Source: Chrysomallon squamiferum (taxonomy: Eukaryota > Animalia > Mollusca). Taken from it: a stretch of DNA of 64,000 bases. The notes beneath the pieces were generated by a model. That model was not told the origin of the DNA. It did not search any database and worked only from the letters and a program-made list of their open reading frames with translations. Position 1 is the stretch's first letter. Every line of letters starts with the position of its first letter. The stretch spans positions 24,366,001 to 24,430,000 of the forward strand of contig CM022671.1 of NCBI GenBank assembly GCA_012295275.1, given 5' to 3'. The position numbers and the translations under genes are program-made. Shown piece by piece: positions 26,801-39,933 of the stretch.

Positions 26801-27959
26801 TTAATAATGTGGTTTTTCTTAAATATTTGGCCAGACAAGGTAGAAAACACAATTCTTCGTAAATTATAGACTGTTTTTACCTCTTGTTAATTGTCGCCTT
26901 TCTGTTAATTATTTAAACAGCTATAAAAAAAAATGCAGTGTGACCGTTTGGAGATCAAACACACATTTTGGTACTATAAATGGACATTCATTATTAAACA
27001 ACAGACCCGCCGGCGCAAAAACTCGCCATAATTGTCTTATATCAATGCGCATGCTTGAACGGTCTCTTACCACAGTTCACGAGGTCTTGTCTGCTTAAAT
27101 ATTCACTTCCCGAGGAACTCGCGTGTCCGACATCACGTGCAATACTGCATGCTACGAGCAGGAGAAATTAACCGCTTTGTCTTACGCGCATTAATAAAAA
27201 TCAAAAATCTTAAATATATATATTTTTAAAATGTATTTAACAACAAATGCCTTATACTGAAATTGTTATTTTTTTTATTTTATTATTTTTTTTATTTATT
27301 TATTTTGGATATATATATATATATATATACAAAGATTTTATTTATAAAATATAATCTCTATTCCAATAGAAACGGTATCCACTGAATGAATTCGTTTATG
27401 TCTAAGGTTACCGTTTGAAGTCTACCGACATCATTGCGATTAAAGACGTAACTGACTTCAAAGACACCAGTTAGTCCCTATTTTCAAAAAAAAGTCTAGT
27501 TCCGGCCATGAACGATATACTAAAGAAATGTTCAGATGATTAATAAATTGTTGTTCCTAATATTCAAAGTATTCATCTGTATTTAGAATATATTTCGATG
27601 AATCCACAAAACAATCAGAACATTACTTTTAACTTTCTCTAATTTACGTTTTTAATATTTATTTATAGAAGTTTCTGATATTATTACAAACAATCAGAAC
27701 ATTACTTTTAACTTTCTCTAATTTACGTTTTTAATATTTATTTATAGAAGTGTCTGATATTATTATTAGTATTAGTAGTAGTAGTAGTAGTAGTAGAAGT
27801 AGTAGTAGTAGTAAAATTTTCACATTATTTTGACTTTTTCAAAAAGAATATTAACAGCAAAAGTTCTGATTCTTTCACTTTTCCATTAATTTATGAACAT
27901 AACATTCCAAAATAATAAATATATTGTTCTAAGTCACATAGAGTAAAAGTTTGTAATAG

Positions 27960-28004
<45 letters not shown>

Positions 28005-29960
28005 TACAAATTAACCATATGTGGGTGGAATATCCAGAAATGTATTTCTTCTTCTTCATTCTTCCATCTGTATGTATGAGTATGCTTATACATATGAATA
28101 TACAGTATTATCATTGTTATTATTGTTGTTGATGTCGTTATTGTGTTGTTATTATTATTATTATTATTATTATTCGGAAAACTCATAAACAGTGATATAA
28201 ATTTTTAGACAAACAACTGTTCTGTCGCTTCACAGCTTTATCCTCACATACGACGACGACGACGACGCAGTTAAAAACCCTTATTACACCCCGCCGACAC
28301 TGTCGGATCACGACGCCACGAATCACCTAGGAAAAGACCATATGTTGTTACATGCACGGGAAGGTGCCTCGTAAAAACTGACAGTTCTGGCAGGGTCCAG
28401 AGCTTGCTGACAATGGGTCATTTATTAAGGTCGCCGTAAGTCGCCTTAGGTGGCTAACAGTGCGCGCAACGCAAACACGAATAATACTGATGTCATCGTT
28501 TGTGGCCGGGTAAGGACCGTGAACCAGTCGACGTGCCCCAGGAATAACGCAGTTAACCACCTGTTCCGAAAATAATCTTCGTCGATTGTTCTTCTCTCTC
28601 GTAACTTTAACCAGTTTTACGTTCAGTGTTAGATGCAGAACCGTTTTCCCCGTCGGTTTCCATCTGTTGGTCTATTTTGCTTATGGTCGGAGGTAAAATT
28701 GAATCCTCACAAAACCCCTGTCTGAGGATACGTGATTTTTTTTTTTTTTTTTTTTTTTTTCAATGTGCACAAAGGCCATCGCAGTCCATTCATCGCATAC
28801 ATTTTTGACAGTGGGGGAAACTCACCACAGTATAAAAGATCAGCGACCCTTCAAGAAACGCTTCAACACATGTTACCACCTCGCTAATGATTAGTATGTA
28901 ATTGTGTTTGAAACCAGAGATTGGACATGGTCCGGGTGGCCTGATTGTAACCCCGGAAGAATGTCACTGAAGTTTACTGCTACATCTGACAACTGTTTAT
29001 TTATACGAGTGCATGTGTCTTTAAAAGTATGTTTTTGTACTTTTGTAGCCTATGTGGGTATGAGTTTCTGGGTGTCTGTATGTGTAGGTCTATGTATGTA
29101 TGTATGTATGTATCTATATCTATATACATACATACATAAGCTTATACAGAAACAAACAGACAATCAGACTAACCTATACATTATTATTATTATATATGTA
29201 TGTATGTATATTGTATTTTGGGGTGTGTGAGTTTATGTGTGTTTGTTGAATTACTGCTTTAGAAAAGTCTATATATAAAAGTTTGTTAAAAGATTCTATT
29301 ACATGAAAATGATATCAGCTATTTCTGGCAACAAACTTTCGTTTGATTTCTCTGTACGTTCAGTCAAATAAACACGAAGTTTTCTTATCACTATTACAAC
29401 TCAAATATGCAAAAATTGTTTCATAATGTACAAAAACTCCTATTTTTATCTATTAATATAACATAACGAATATAACACGCTCTGTCAAGCGGAGAGGTAA
29501 TATACAGACGGACTCTATTCAAGACTGTTAAATTCAGCAGGAAAGATGTATTAATATTAATTCACTGGACTGTGTACTTTTATCTGTATATCAAGTCTCA
29601 TTGAAAAAAAAAAAAAAAAAGGGTGCTTTATGCAACACTGACAAAGAAGAAAGAAAACACTCCGAGAGTTGTTAACCTTGGCAAATACATTTCACTGCAC
29701 GGCTGTTTGATACGAGTGGCTATAAAATTACAAATAAGATATCTCTATTAACAGGCTGATGAAAAGACAGAGTGAAAATGTCTGTCACACACACAATGGA
29801 AAAAAATGTTAGAATTCAAAACAAAAAAAAAAAAAGAAAAAAAAAAAAAAAAAAAAAAAGAAATAAAATAGAATAAAATAATTATCGGTTGTATAAAATA
29901 GCGATATCTTTCATTTATTATGATGATGATGATAATAATAATAATTATAATTATTATTAT

Positions 29961-29998
<38 letters not shown>

Positions 29999-31338
29999 TT
30001 GTTGTTGTTGTTTGTTGTTGTAGTTGTTTACAACATGGAGATAGGTATACTTTTACGCTGACCAGAACAGCAAGCAAACAATAACTATGTAAATGAAAAT
30101 TTAATTTTATTTATACTACGTAACAGATAATTCTAAAGTGAATATGCTTATTTCAAACAGAATAACTATATAGAGAGACAACATTAATTCATTCCTTTAT
30201 TCTTTCTTTCTTTCTCTTTTGTAGTTCTATCAGTTCTCCGCTTTATTTATTTATCTGTTTGTTTATTTGAGAAATATATATATATATATTATTAATCATT
30301 TGAAAGTAGGCAACCTCTTACAAAATTAATATTTCACAGAGACGAACATTTTATTTGTAATAAGTTACAAACTTAAAATAACAGTTAACAGAAAGTTATT
30401 AAAAATAAATTAATTAATTAAAAAATGAACTTTAAAAAAATAAAATAAAACAAAAAAAAAGCGCTGTTAATAAATAAATAAACTGTTTGTTACAATATTA
30501 CGATCTCCGATATTTTAGCTTAGACGATTTATTATTGTTTTATTGTATTACTTACATTTTTATTTTAGCCCAAAACTATATAGTAAAGATAAAATCATTT
30601 TAAAAGTTAGCATATGCATTAGCCAATAAAAAAAAATTCTCAAAACACAAATTATAAAATAAAAAAATAAAAACCTTTATTTTATTTTATTTTACTGTAA
30701 GCTCTTTGAAGCGCAAAAAAAAATAAGATGATAAAAATGGTGGATTATTAAACTGATAAGTTAATAAACAGAATTAGTCTTTATCTGTCTACAGAATACT
30801 AACTTTTTCAATATCCCTCTATAATCAGAGCGTTACGGGCAAGTGCGCATGAGCGAGATCTACTTTGCGTAATTTAATTTTTGTTCTCCTTCTTTCCTTT
30901 ATGAATAATCTTGTTTCATCTTGAAAATTGTAACTCACCCAAGCCACGGCTTCACCGTCACAAACTAAATTCTGGACCCGCCCCTTGATGTCACGGTGTT
31001 ACTTTTAAGTGTCTAAATAAATGATTATGCATTGTTAATGCTTAAAAAGTTTGCATGGATATTTGTGCATTTAATAAAACTTTAATAATTACATTTTGTA
31101 TGCTTCAACAGTAGCTAATATCTGTACGACTAAATGCACAAGGATTTGAAAAATTCAGAGCTCTTCGCGTTATTATTATTACAACTACTACTACTTCTGG
31201 TCATGCTGTTACTACTACTGCTGCTGCTGTTGCTACTACCACTACTATGCTACAGTTATTTGTATTAATACTACTGTTTGTTTTTGTTTTTGTTTTTTTA
31301 TGGTTTTTGTTGTTGTTATTGTTCTGCTGCAGTTATTG

Positions 31339-31392
<54 letters not shown>

Positions 31393-31947
31393 GTCATAAT
31401 TATCATCATCATCATCATCAACGTTATTACTACAAGTACTATTATTATTATTATTATTATTAAAGAAGACTAATAATAATGTATTATTTTCTTTCTTTTC
31501 CACGTTTTATAACCAAAAAAAAATATCCTCAAAATAACCTCATAATTAATTGTTTTCGTTAATTTATATTTCACAAAAAAAATTATACTGAAATAATTTT
31601 CCAAATGTCTTCCTTTCGTTGTCATTATTAACTGAAAAATCCGCCTGTTTCTACCCCTTTTTAATTTTTTCTCCGTCGTGTATTCAATCGATGTACAAAC
31701 ATGCGCGCTTTGCACGTGTTCGCCAGCTCGGTTTCATTTTGGCGCGCTTATTAATAAAAGACGACGAACTTTTCGCAAAAATAATTACAGAGAAGTTGAG
31801 AACAGCAGTTCGTCGAAAAATGTGTAAACGTAGAAATACTACAGTTTAAATTTGTTTTACACACGAAAAAAAACAACTTAATGATACAATAATAATATTT
31901 CAAATAAATATTATAGTTATTTATTTATTTACAAATCCATTCCTGAA

Positions 31948-31988
<41 letters not shown>

Positions 31989-32580
31989 ATAAATAAGTAA
32001 ATAAATAAATAAATAAATAGCATAGCATAGCATAGCATAACATAATAAAATATAAAATATCGTAACATAACGACACAAATATTTGTTTAATTTATTTATT
32101 TATTTAACTTCTAATTTTGTTAGAAATATAATTTTAAGCATTTAATTATAAATATGCTTTAGTAAATATCGTTTAATATGTTAACACACACAAAAAAAAT
32201 ATTGACAAACAACTGTAAGAATCAGTAAATTAAAGAAATATACATATAACATTCATTAAAATTTCTAGAAGAGAAAATTTATTATTTCGTTCTGGATGTT
32301 AGCAGAATATAAATACTAATAAAAGGAAATTTTGAAAATACACAAATATGATTAATTTAATGTTTAAAAATCCTCGGAATACCATTCAAATATTTTGATA
32401 TTTATGATTTAATTAATTAATTTTAAGATATGTCTGAGATTGTATATGATCAAAAATTATTATTTATTATATATTTCTTTATTTATTATTATTACCATCA
32501 TCATCATCGTCATCATTATTCAATCATAAAATATTTTATTATCATTACTTAATCTAAAATTATGTTTTAGTTATTTAACC

Positions 32581-32626
<46 letters not shown>

Positions 32627-32697
32627 AAAATTTACCTTGGATATCCTATGAGTGGTCGCGGCCTTGGGCATAGTGGTGCTGCCCACGTGTCCATCAT
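17648..32697 (-). CDS. PRDM14: PR domain zinc finger protein 14 orthologue (pre-SET + PR/SET + 6 zinc fingers); 480 aa with the distal first exon, 437 aa from the internal ATG at 22720
   Basis: Minus-strand exons 32697-32636 (probable), 22787-22483, 22055-21957, 21663-21497, 21140-20867, 19368-19239, 18587-18461, 18242-18132, 17815-17648. All GT-AG and in phase. Diagnostic strings recalled from PRDM14: [90 protein letters not shown]. The 5' end is less certain than the body. Confidence 0.93.
18132..18242 (-). CDS. PRDM14: PRDM14 exon, zinc finger 4
   Basis: [37 protein letters not shown]; tgacag acceptor, gtaaat donor. Confidence 0.95.
18461..18587 (-). CDS. PRDM14: PRDM14 exon, end of zinc finger 2 and most of finger 3
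   Basis: [42 protein letters not shown]; ttttag acceptor, gtgagt donor. Confidence 0.95.
19239..19368 (-). CDS. PRDM14: PRDM14 exon, zinc finger 1 and start of finger 2
   Basis: [42 protein letters not shown]; gtttag acceptor, gtaaag donor. Confidence 0.95.
20867..21140 (-). CDS. PRDM14: PRDM14 exon, C-terminal half of PR/SET domain
   Basis: [28 protein letters not shown]...[10 protein letters not shown]; ttttag acceptor, gtgagt donor. Confidence 0.95.
21497..21663 (-). CDS. PRDM14: PRDM14 exon, N-terminal half of PR/SET domain
   Basis: [18 protein letters not shown]...[25 protein letters not shown]; tcctag acceptor, gtaggt donor. Confidence 0.95.
21957..22055 (-). CDS. PRDM14: PRDM14 linker exon (99 nt, phase 1/1)
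   Basis: [32 protein letters not shown]; tgacag acceptor, gtaaac donor; ends in LP like the recalled human LQLPEG. Confidence 0.85.
22483..22787 (-). CDS. PRDM14: PRDM14 exon with pre-SET (CBFA2T-binding) motif
   Basis: Open throughout: LLQCRNTGQ...MAPRLMPE...[14 protein letters not shown]...HALSGL; ttttcag acceptor (phase 2), gtataa donor. Confidence 0.88.
27609..27766. repeat. Tandem duplication, 2 x 79 bp
   Basis: caatcagaacattacttttaactttctc... begins at 27612 and again at 27691; nearly identical. Confidence 0.92.
32636..32697 (-). CDS. PRDM14: Probable PRDM14 first coding exon ([20 protein letters not shown])
   Basis: GC-rich island; ATG ATG G start; CCAAG|gtaaat donor in phase 2 matches the phase-2 acceptor at 22787; promoter-like motifs about 70-90 bp upstream. 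Confidence 0.55.
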
Positions 32698-32766
32698 AAA
32701 GTTTCTGTGACACTCCACTGTAGAAGATGACAGCAGTTTCACCTCATGGTTATACCTCACAATCTC

Positions 32767-32789
32767 TTTGGCGCATCGCGCATGCGCAG
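32767..32789 (-). promoter_or_regulatory. Candidate PRDM14 promoter: NRF1-type GCGCATGCGC next to E2F-type TTTGGCGC
   Basis: tttggcgcatcgcgcatgcgca read directly; sits just upstream of the candidate first exon. Confidence 0.5.
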
Positions 32790-34397
32790 AAAAATTTCAC
32801 AAATCTCGATATCTGAGAATGCAATGGATTTCCGACGGAATAATTGTTTATGCAAATGTAACGATGGAGAAAAAAAAGAAAAGAAAAAAAAAAAAAAGAG
32901 CGAGAAAAGAAAAGAAAAGAAAAAAAAAAGAAATATTGGCGAATAATAATTTACTGATTTTATTTCATCTTATTCTCTTACTCATTTGCTATTTTAATTA
33001 ATTAATTAATTAATTTATTTATTTATTTTATTCTTTATGTTTTTTTGTTGGTTGTTTTCTTTCTTTTTTCACGATAGTAATGTGTGAATGGTAACAATAT
33101 GTATTTGTGTGTATCTATTTGGTGAATGGAATTAACTTGATTTTTGTATTTTATGCTTGTCTATTCGATGAAATAGTTTTTGTGAAAACATTTTTGACAG
33201 GTGTTGACAAAGTTTTCAGCAAAGCAGGCTTTTTATTTAGTGCTTACGTATCTTTTTGTCAAGATTTATACAATTAGAATCGCGCGCGAGCTCACACACA
33301 CACACACACACGTGTATTTTCTTATATATATGTACAAAGAAAATATCAATAACAGTGGTGTTGGTAGCAATAGTTGCGCGTATTTGAAATACTTTTTATA
33401 GTAATAACTTTTATAATGATAATAATAGTAAAAATTATAATAATGTTCATAATCACAAAGATTGAATAAATAATTTTATATCATAAAAAATTATTATTTT
33501 CATTTTATACGACATTCTAACTAAAATTATTTTTTAATTATTAATAAATATTTATTGTTCTGCAAATTCCCATATGTGTGTGTGTACATATACATATACA
33601 TATATATATATATTATTTCTTAAATCAGATAACTAAACATAAGACCAAGGAGGTGCGTTGTGACTTCCATTTTAAAAATACTGTATGACGTCCTGTTGTA
33701 TACATAATTAATGTAAAATAAATCACTGTCGCCATAATGTCTCGAAATACCATTGAAATATTTAAAAATATTTTTATACTATTTTCGTAACATTTTAGCT
33801 TCGCTAATTTCCCAATTTTTTTACTTTAAGATTAATACAGTTTTCTTTCAGTAAAAAAAATATAAATATTTTTCACTCTTTTTAAAGCGAAAGGGAATGA
33901 AAGATTAAATATTGAAACCACCACATAAAACAATACATAAACTTTTATGTTTAACAAAAATAAAAGGAAAAAAAGAAAGACGTTCATTTTCAGTGCATGC
34001 ACTCAAATATATCTACATTAAGGGCATAATTTATGCATGACAACACCAATTAGTCTTAGCAATCGATTTAATGTAATGCATTATGTTACAGAGAGACCAA
34101 CGACCACAGGAACTGAGCGGTAACACAATACACTCCGAAACGAGGTTTCCAAAATAGGACCGGGTATCGTTTTAGTAATATTTGTCGTGCATATTTTATA
34201 AGTCGTATAATATTTATCAAACTGAATGAGTACGTCGCTCGAGGTTAGATGCCATTTCAAGAAAATATCCTTTTAAAAAAAGACAGTGTTACATCCAAGA
34301 AACCGAGGTTATTTGGGTACATAAAAAACACCGCGCGTTTAAGAGCAATTAAAGGCAGATAACTGTATACATTCAAGGACACTTACGAGATAATTTC

Positions 34398-34460
34398 TGT
34401 GGTTAGAGCGCTGGTCTGATGTGTGATAGGTCGTAGGTTCAGTCCTCGTCACTGTAACCA
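34398..34460 (+). mobile_element. Decayed tRNA-derived SINE head
   Basis: A-box-like TGGTTAGAGCG (34400-34410) and B-box-like GGTTCAGTCC (34436-34445) at tRNA spacing, without an intact acceptor stem. Confidence 0.5.
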
Positions 34461-34894
34461 ACACCTGTTGATCAGTTTCTCTTTTATGTTTGTGTCCCAT
34501 GATTCATATGTCAAATACTCGTGTTTACCAATATAACAAATTATCTTGCATTGCAAATAATATGTGCTGAAAATAATATGTTCAAATGTTTGTGTTTGTG
34601 AGAAAAACGTTGTTAGAGAATATCTGCCGAAAGTAACTTTTTTTTTATACTTTCAGTTGTTGTATATATCATTACAATTATTATTATTATTATTATTATT
34701 ATTATTTTAGTTAATATAATTTACATATATTTCAGGGTGATTGTAGTTTTCATCAAATGAAATTAGAAAGGTGTATTTTCAGAGACATGATGACATAATT
34801 TCATCAAATCAACTCTCTGCTCCTGAATATAACAGAAGAAAAACAAAAATGAAAACAAAAATATCAAGGTTAACAATATTCTGTACACTTTAAA

Positions 34895-34935
<41 letters not shown>

Positions 34936-34980
34936 CAATAATACTCGTAAAGATTCTATTAATCTTATCAAATAAATAAA

Positions 34981-35150
34981 TATTATATAACCCAATTCAG
35001 TATCAAACAATTAAAACTATATAACCCAGAAGAAGAAAAACAAAAACAGGGAAAAAACAACAAAACAAAAACAAAAGAATTATAGCTAAAAGTATATAAC
35101 GCAATTCAGTAAAAACAAACAGCTAAAAACTATATAACCCAATGCAGTAA
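34981..35150. repeat. Short degenerate repeats (aaaactatataacccaattcagta)
   Basis: About four variants of tatataacccaa within 170 bp. Confidence 0.55.
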
Positions 35151-35580
35151 TTGTCATTAAGAGTGGCAGAAAAAGAGCATGAGATGACGAGAGCCAGACA
35201 AGACAGTATTAAATATTGATGTAAAACTATATATTCCCAGAGGCAAGCTTTGACAGCTTTATACAGTAAAACGTGCGACTCGGTAATATTGCCCACACGT
35301 TGAGATTCACATTACAGATATTAATGTCCATGTACTTAATGCATCTGATACATCGAAAACTGGCATTTTCGGATGCAATCTGTAAATGTTAACGATTACT
35401 GCTGACATATAAACAAATGAAGTACTTGCTTAGTGGTTTATGGTACACGGCTTCAAATGCCGTTGGTAGCGTGCTCGAAACCGGCTTGATGAAAGGTGTG
35501 CGAGTGTATCGAATCTGGGGATCATTAATTGTTCGATATTGACAGGGATGCAGAATATTATAAAAACTATCAGCGAAAAC

Positions 35581-35583
<3 letters not shown>

Positions 35584-35670
<87 letters not shown>
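35584..35670. repeat. (CT)n microsatellite
   Basis: Direct read. Confidence 0.97.
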
Positions 35671-35672
<2 letters not shown>

Positions 35673-36681
35673 CAAGTGAGCAAGGGATAAAAAGCTGTCA
35701 AATAAACAGTGATTATTCACAAAATAAGTCAAATGTACTTATTACATAATTGCACAGACAATTAAATCTTAAACAGCAATAACAATAAGGCATTATTTGT
35801 AACACACTCCTTATTTTGTACTTATTTTAACACATATTTTACTAGCTGATAAGATGATGCAATCATTATTGATACTAACTTCAGTTGCTTATTTTGCATA
35901 TTAAATACTGTGCGGCTGAACCTTCTTCTTTTTTGTTTGTTTTTTTGTTTATATAATCATGTGTACGCTAACAATACAAAACCAATTTTCGTCATCTTTT
36001 CTGTAACAGCAGACTTCTGCGCTTACAAATATAGTAATCAATAATTATTAATGAGCAGTCAGTCTAACGCTGCTATCTCCCGCCAAAATGCTCGCGCCTA
36101 ACTGCTCGCGTACGGGTTACTCATGCGTGACGTCCCCATTAATGGTGACATTAAAATTACTCTGATTTAATATTCAAAACGTACTCATCACTCCACAGAT
36201 GAAACTAAATCCATCGGTGTTTATAGCGCCCATTAATAAATGAAAAAACAAAAATAAGAAAATAAAATAAAATTAGAATTAAAAATTTAAAAAAAATAAA
36301 CCTGCAGGGGTGAGAAATCAATTAATAACCCAAACTGTCTTAATGGTGAATTTGAAAAATATAAAAGCTATGATAAAACATAGTCTGGGTCTGCATGCTC
36401 TAATGCTGTAGTTTTTTTTTTTTCAAATAATATTTAATGATAGGAACCCTAAAGTACATTTTATGTTATGACAGAAGTACGATTAATAGGGTAGTGCATT
36501 TATACGCTAAGGCGCTCAAGGTTCGTTGTATAAAAACTTGAGAAAAATAAAACTAAAACAAAAAATTCAACACTTTTTATTATGAGTTAAAAAAAAAAAA
36601 AAAAAAAGAATTTGAATGAATGAATCCGTTATTCATGTCAGCATTCATAAACACAAACGTACATTTTGAGTAAACCATTAT

Positions 36682-36727
<46 letters not shown>

Positions 36728-37059
36728 TGACAGTGTCAAGGTCCCTTTTTACGATTATTTCTGCTGTGTGGAAAAGGCGGGCTTTTCTTTCACGTACGAA
36801 AATAATATGAGTCATTACATTTGCTATTTGAATCAATTGAATTGCGACATAATTGAATAATATTTATGAATAAAATATGGGTGGTTCGCAACATTTCTAT
36901 TAGTCGTGTATCACTGTCTCGTCTCCCACCTTCATCAAACATCTGCGTTGGTTCAAAATTATTTAATCCAAGTGATGTACATTTACTACCGCGAAGCACG
37001 TGCATTTTGTGAACCAGACTGCCACATGGCGATCTTGTCGCATAATCTTCTTCCTGGTT

Positions 37060-37087
37060 CTTTTTTTTTTCTCTTTTTTTATTATTA

Positions 37088-37161
<74 letters not shown>

Positions 37162-37340
37162 CAGTAGTATTTTTTAAATATTATTTTATTATTATTATTT
37201 ATATATTTTTTAATTATTTTTATTATTATTATTATTTATATATTTTTTAATTATTATTATTATTATTATTATTGATTTAATTATTATTATTATTAATTTA
37301 TTTATTATTATTATTATTATTAATTTAATTATTATTATAC
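37060..37340. repeat. Compound (TTA)n/(GTA)n microsatellite (representative of dozens of TTA, TTTA and poly-A/T tracts in the window)
   Basis: Direct read. Confidence 0.9.
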
Positions 37341-38457
37341 ATTCATAACTTCATAATTTTGAATCTAACAAAAATATTTAAAAGCGAACAGACGTATTGA
37401 TTACAGCGACGGAATGTCGTGGATTTCCTTGACTTAGCAATTGGAAAATTTCTCCTGCAACAACCTGTTGCCTTTGATCTTTTAATGCATTCGGCAGAAA
37501 TCGATCTTTGCTTTGTTTTTTTGTTTTCTTTTGTTTCAGTGTTGTCTTTTACCACTTTGCAGAACAGCGAATAACCATTAAATGCATTTCAGTTTGCCAT
37601 CTGCTTAGGAAAATCCAGCCCCCCCTTTTTTTTTTTTTTTTTCTTTTATTTCTTTAATCTTTTCGAAATTAGATATTCAGATGCAGGTTCCGAATACTTA
37701 ATGCCGGGAGCATAGGGTCAGGAATATAGGTTATCAGATAGCTCTACGTTTCTGGGATCATTCTTTCAGATCAGAAAGTTCCCACTGATAAATATTTTTT
37801 CGTTGTGCATAACCATAATTAAGTAAACTTCACATACCTTCAGTTAGTCATTCATACTTAAAAGTTTAGGATCAAGAATCTCTATATATGGGATCATATT
37901 TATATATATATATATATATGTTGTAGTGTTAGTAAGTTAGTGTGTTAGATGGGTATACTGGTATGACGAGATAATAATAACCTTACATCAACTCATTTAA
38001 TTTTATAAATGAGTAGAAGCCAGATATAACTGACTGGAATACAGGAATAATAAGAATAATCATTATTACTTGAGATTAGCATTTTTGATCATTACTTGTA
38101 TTATCAAGAATTCGTTATCGAAGTTTTCATGATCAAAACAAATGTTTTCTGAAGTAACATGTATTTGAATTTCAGTGCATTTACTCCATTGTACTGGAAA
38201 GTTGGTTATTTTAAGAAGCTAGCATACAGATCAAAGCCCAGGAATACTGCATTCTACAGTCAGATGTCATATCATTCTTCTTCTTCTTTCTATTATTATT
38301 ATTATTATTATTGTTGTTGTTGTTGTTGTTGTTGTTGTTACTAATGTTGTTGCTGTTCTCGTCTCTGTTGTTCCTGCCGCTGATTTTATTTTTATTTCAT
38401 CTCATTTTATTTTATTTTATTTCATTTTATTTTTATTTATATTATTTTTTAGTATTA

Positions 38458-38503
<46 letters not shown>

Positions 38504-38530
38504 TTTATTTTTTTATTATTATGTATGTAT

Positions 38531-38561
<31 letters not shown>

Positions 38562-39357
38562 TTATGATTATTAATATTTATTGGAACGTCCGTAAAAACA
38601 AATAATAAAAAAAATATAATGAAATTAATGAAAATATTAAATAAATTAAATTTCTTAAAATATAAATAAACAAAAATAAATAAATAAATAAATAAAATAA
38701 AATAAAATAAAATAAAATAAAATAAAATAAAATAAAATAATATAAAATATAATAAAAGGTTAAAAAGCGGTAGCTGTTGTATAAGCGAATCACATCTTTT
38801 GACCACAAAATGACGAGCTCGACAAAAGTGCGCGGGAAATTCTGTTCTGTTCGCACCTGCTTGTCTCCAGTCTCAGCGTGCACTAACCAGCCACAAAGTA
38901 AATTGCCTACATTTTTAATGAAATGAAAAAAAAAAAAGAAAAAAAAACAACGATTACGTGATGTGCGATAGAACATGAAAATAATAATCATTGAAAAAAA
39001 AAAAAAAAAAAAAAGCTTGCAATTAACCTGATGTTAAATTTAATATTATAAATTAGTTCCCAGAAGGTAGGTTGTAAGCGCCATATTTTTTTGAAATTCT
39101 AAAGTGTCATGTCCGTATGTCAGTCTGTACGCCATGTAAGACCTTGTTTAATTATTATTATTATTATTATTATCATTATTATTAAATAGCATCTTTGTAG
39201 AAAATTATATACCTTTTTCTTTCATTTTACTTATTTTGCAAGTTAAATGTTTTATTATTACGAAAGCTGGCGTCTTTCTCATAATATTCTTTCTACTACT
39301 TCTGTCAAAGACTGTGCAGAAATTACATTAATAAATTTGAAGGGTATATTTCTTTAT

Positions 39358-39450
39358 GGCGGGAAGTAAAGAGCGCTGAGAAAGATATAGCAGACGGAGT
39401 TCGATTCGTTTTGTGGACCTATTTTTGTTATATATCGTTCCAGACAGTGG
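39358..39450 (+). mobile_element. Highly decayed tRNA-derived SINE fragment
   Basis: ggcgggaagta...agagcgct head, B-box-like GAGTTCGATTC at 39397-39407; shares agagcgct with the 34398 element. Confidence 0.35.
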
Positions 39451-39505
39451 TCTTCATGCAGTCAGTATGGTGAAAATCAGTGGGAAGTCTTTTCAAATAT
39501 AATAA

Positions 39506-39554
<49 letters not shown>

Positions 39555-39793
39555 TAATAATAATAATAATAATAATTAATAATTAATTAATAATTTAATA
39601 ATTTAATTTAATATTTCTTTCTTCCTTATTTCTCTTAAAATAAACAGGCTATTTTGAAACGGACAATATCTCACAGCTAAAGGGAAGTAACCCATTTTAA
39701 ACATGTTTCTAACGTCACGTTTGATTTATATTTGGGGTGTATTTTGTAAGAGGCGTTTATTTTCATGTTTTGATTTTCTTTTTCTTTTCTAGA

Positions 39794-39881
39794 ATACTGT
39801 AATTTAAAAAAAAAAATCTATATAAAATGAACATTAAAAAAAAAAAAAAAACGATTATTTATTAATTATTAACATGTATGT

Positions 39882-39933
<52 letters not shown>

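Noticed and set aside
28348-28560. 70-aa minus-strand ORF as an additional PRDM14 exon
   Set aside because: No compatible acceptor/donor pair found and no similarity to PRDM14 recognised.
30968-30988. tctggacccgcccct as a MITE terminal repeat
   Set aside because: No matching inverted partner or target-site duplication found nearby.
34398-34460. Functional tRNA gene
   Set aside because: No complete acceptor stem or clean anticodon arm; treated as a SINE relic.
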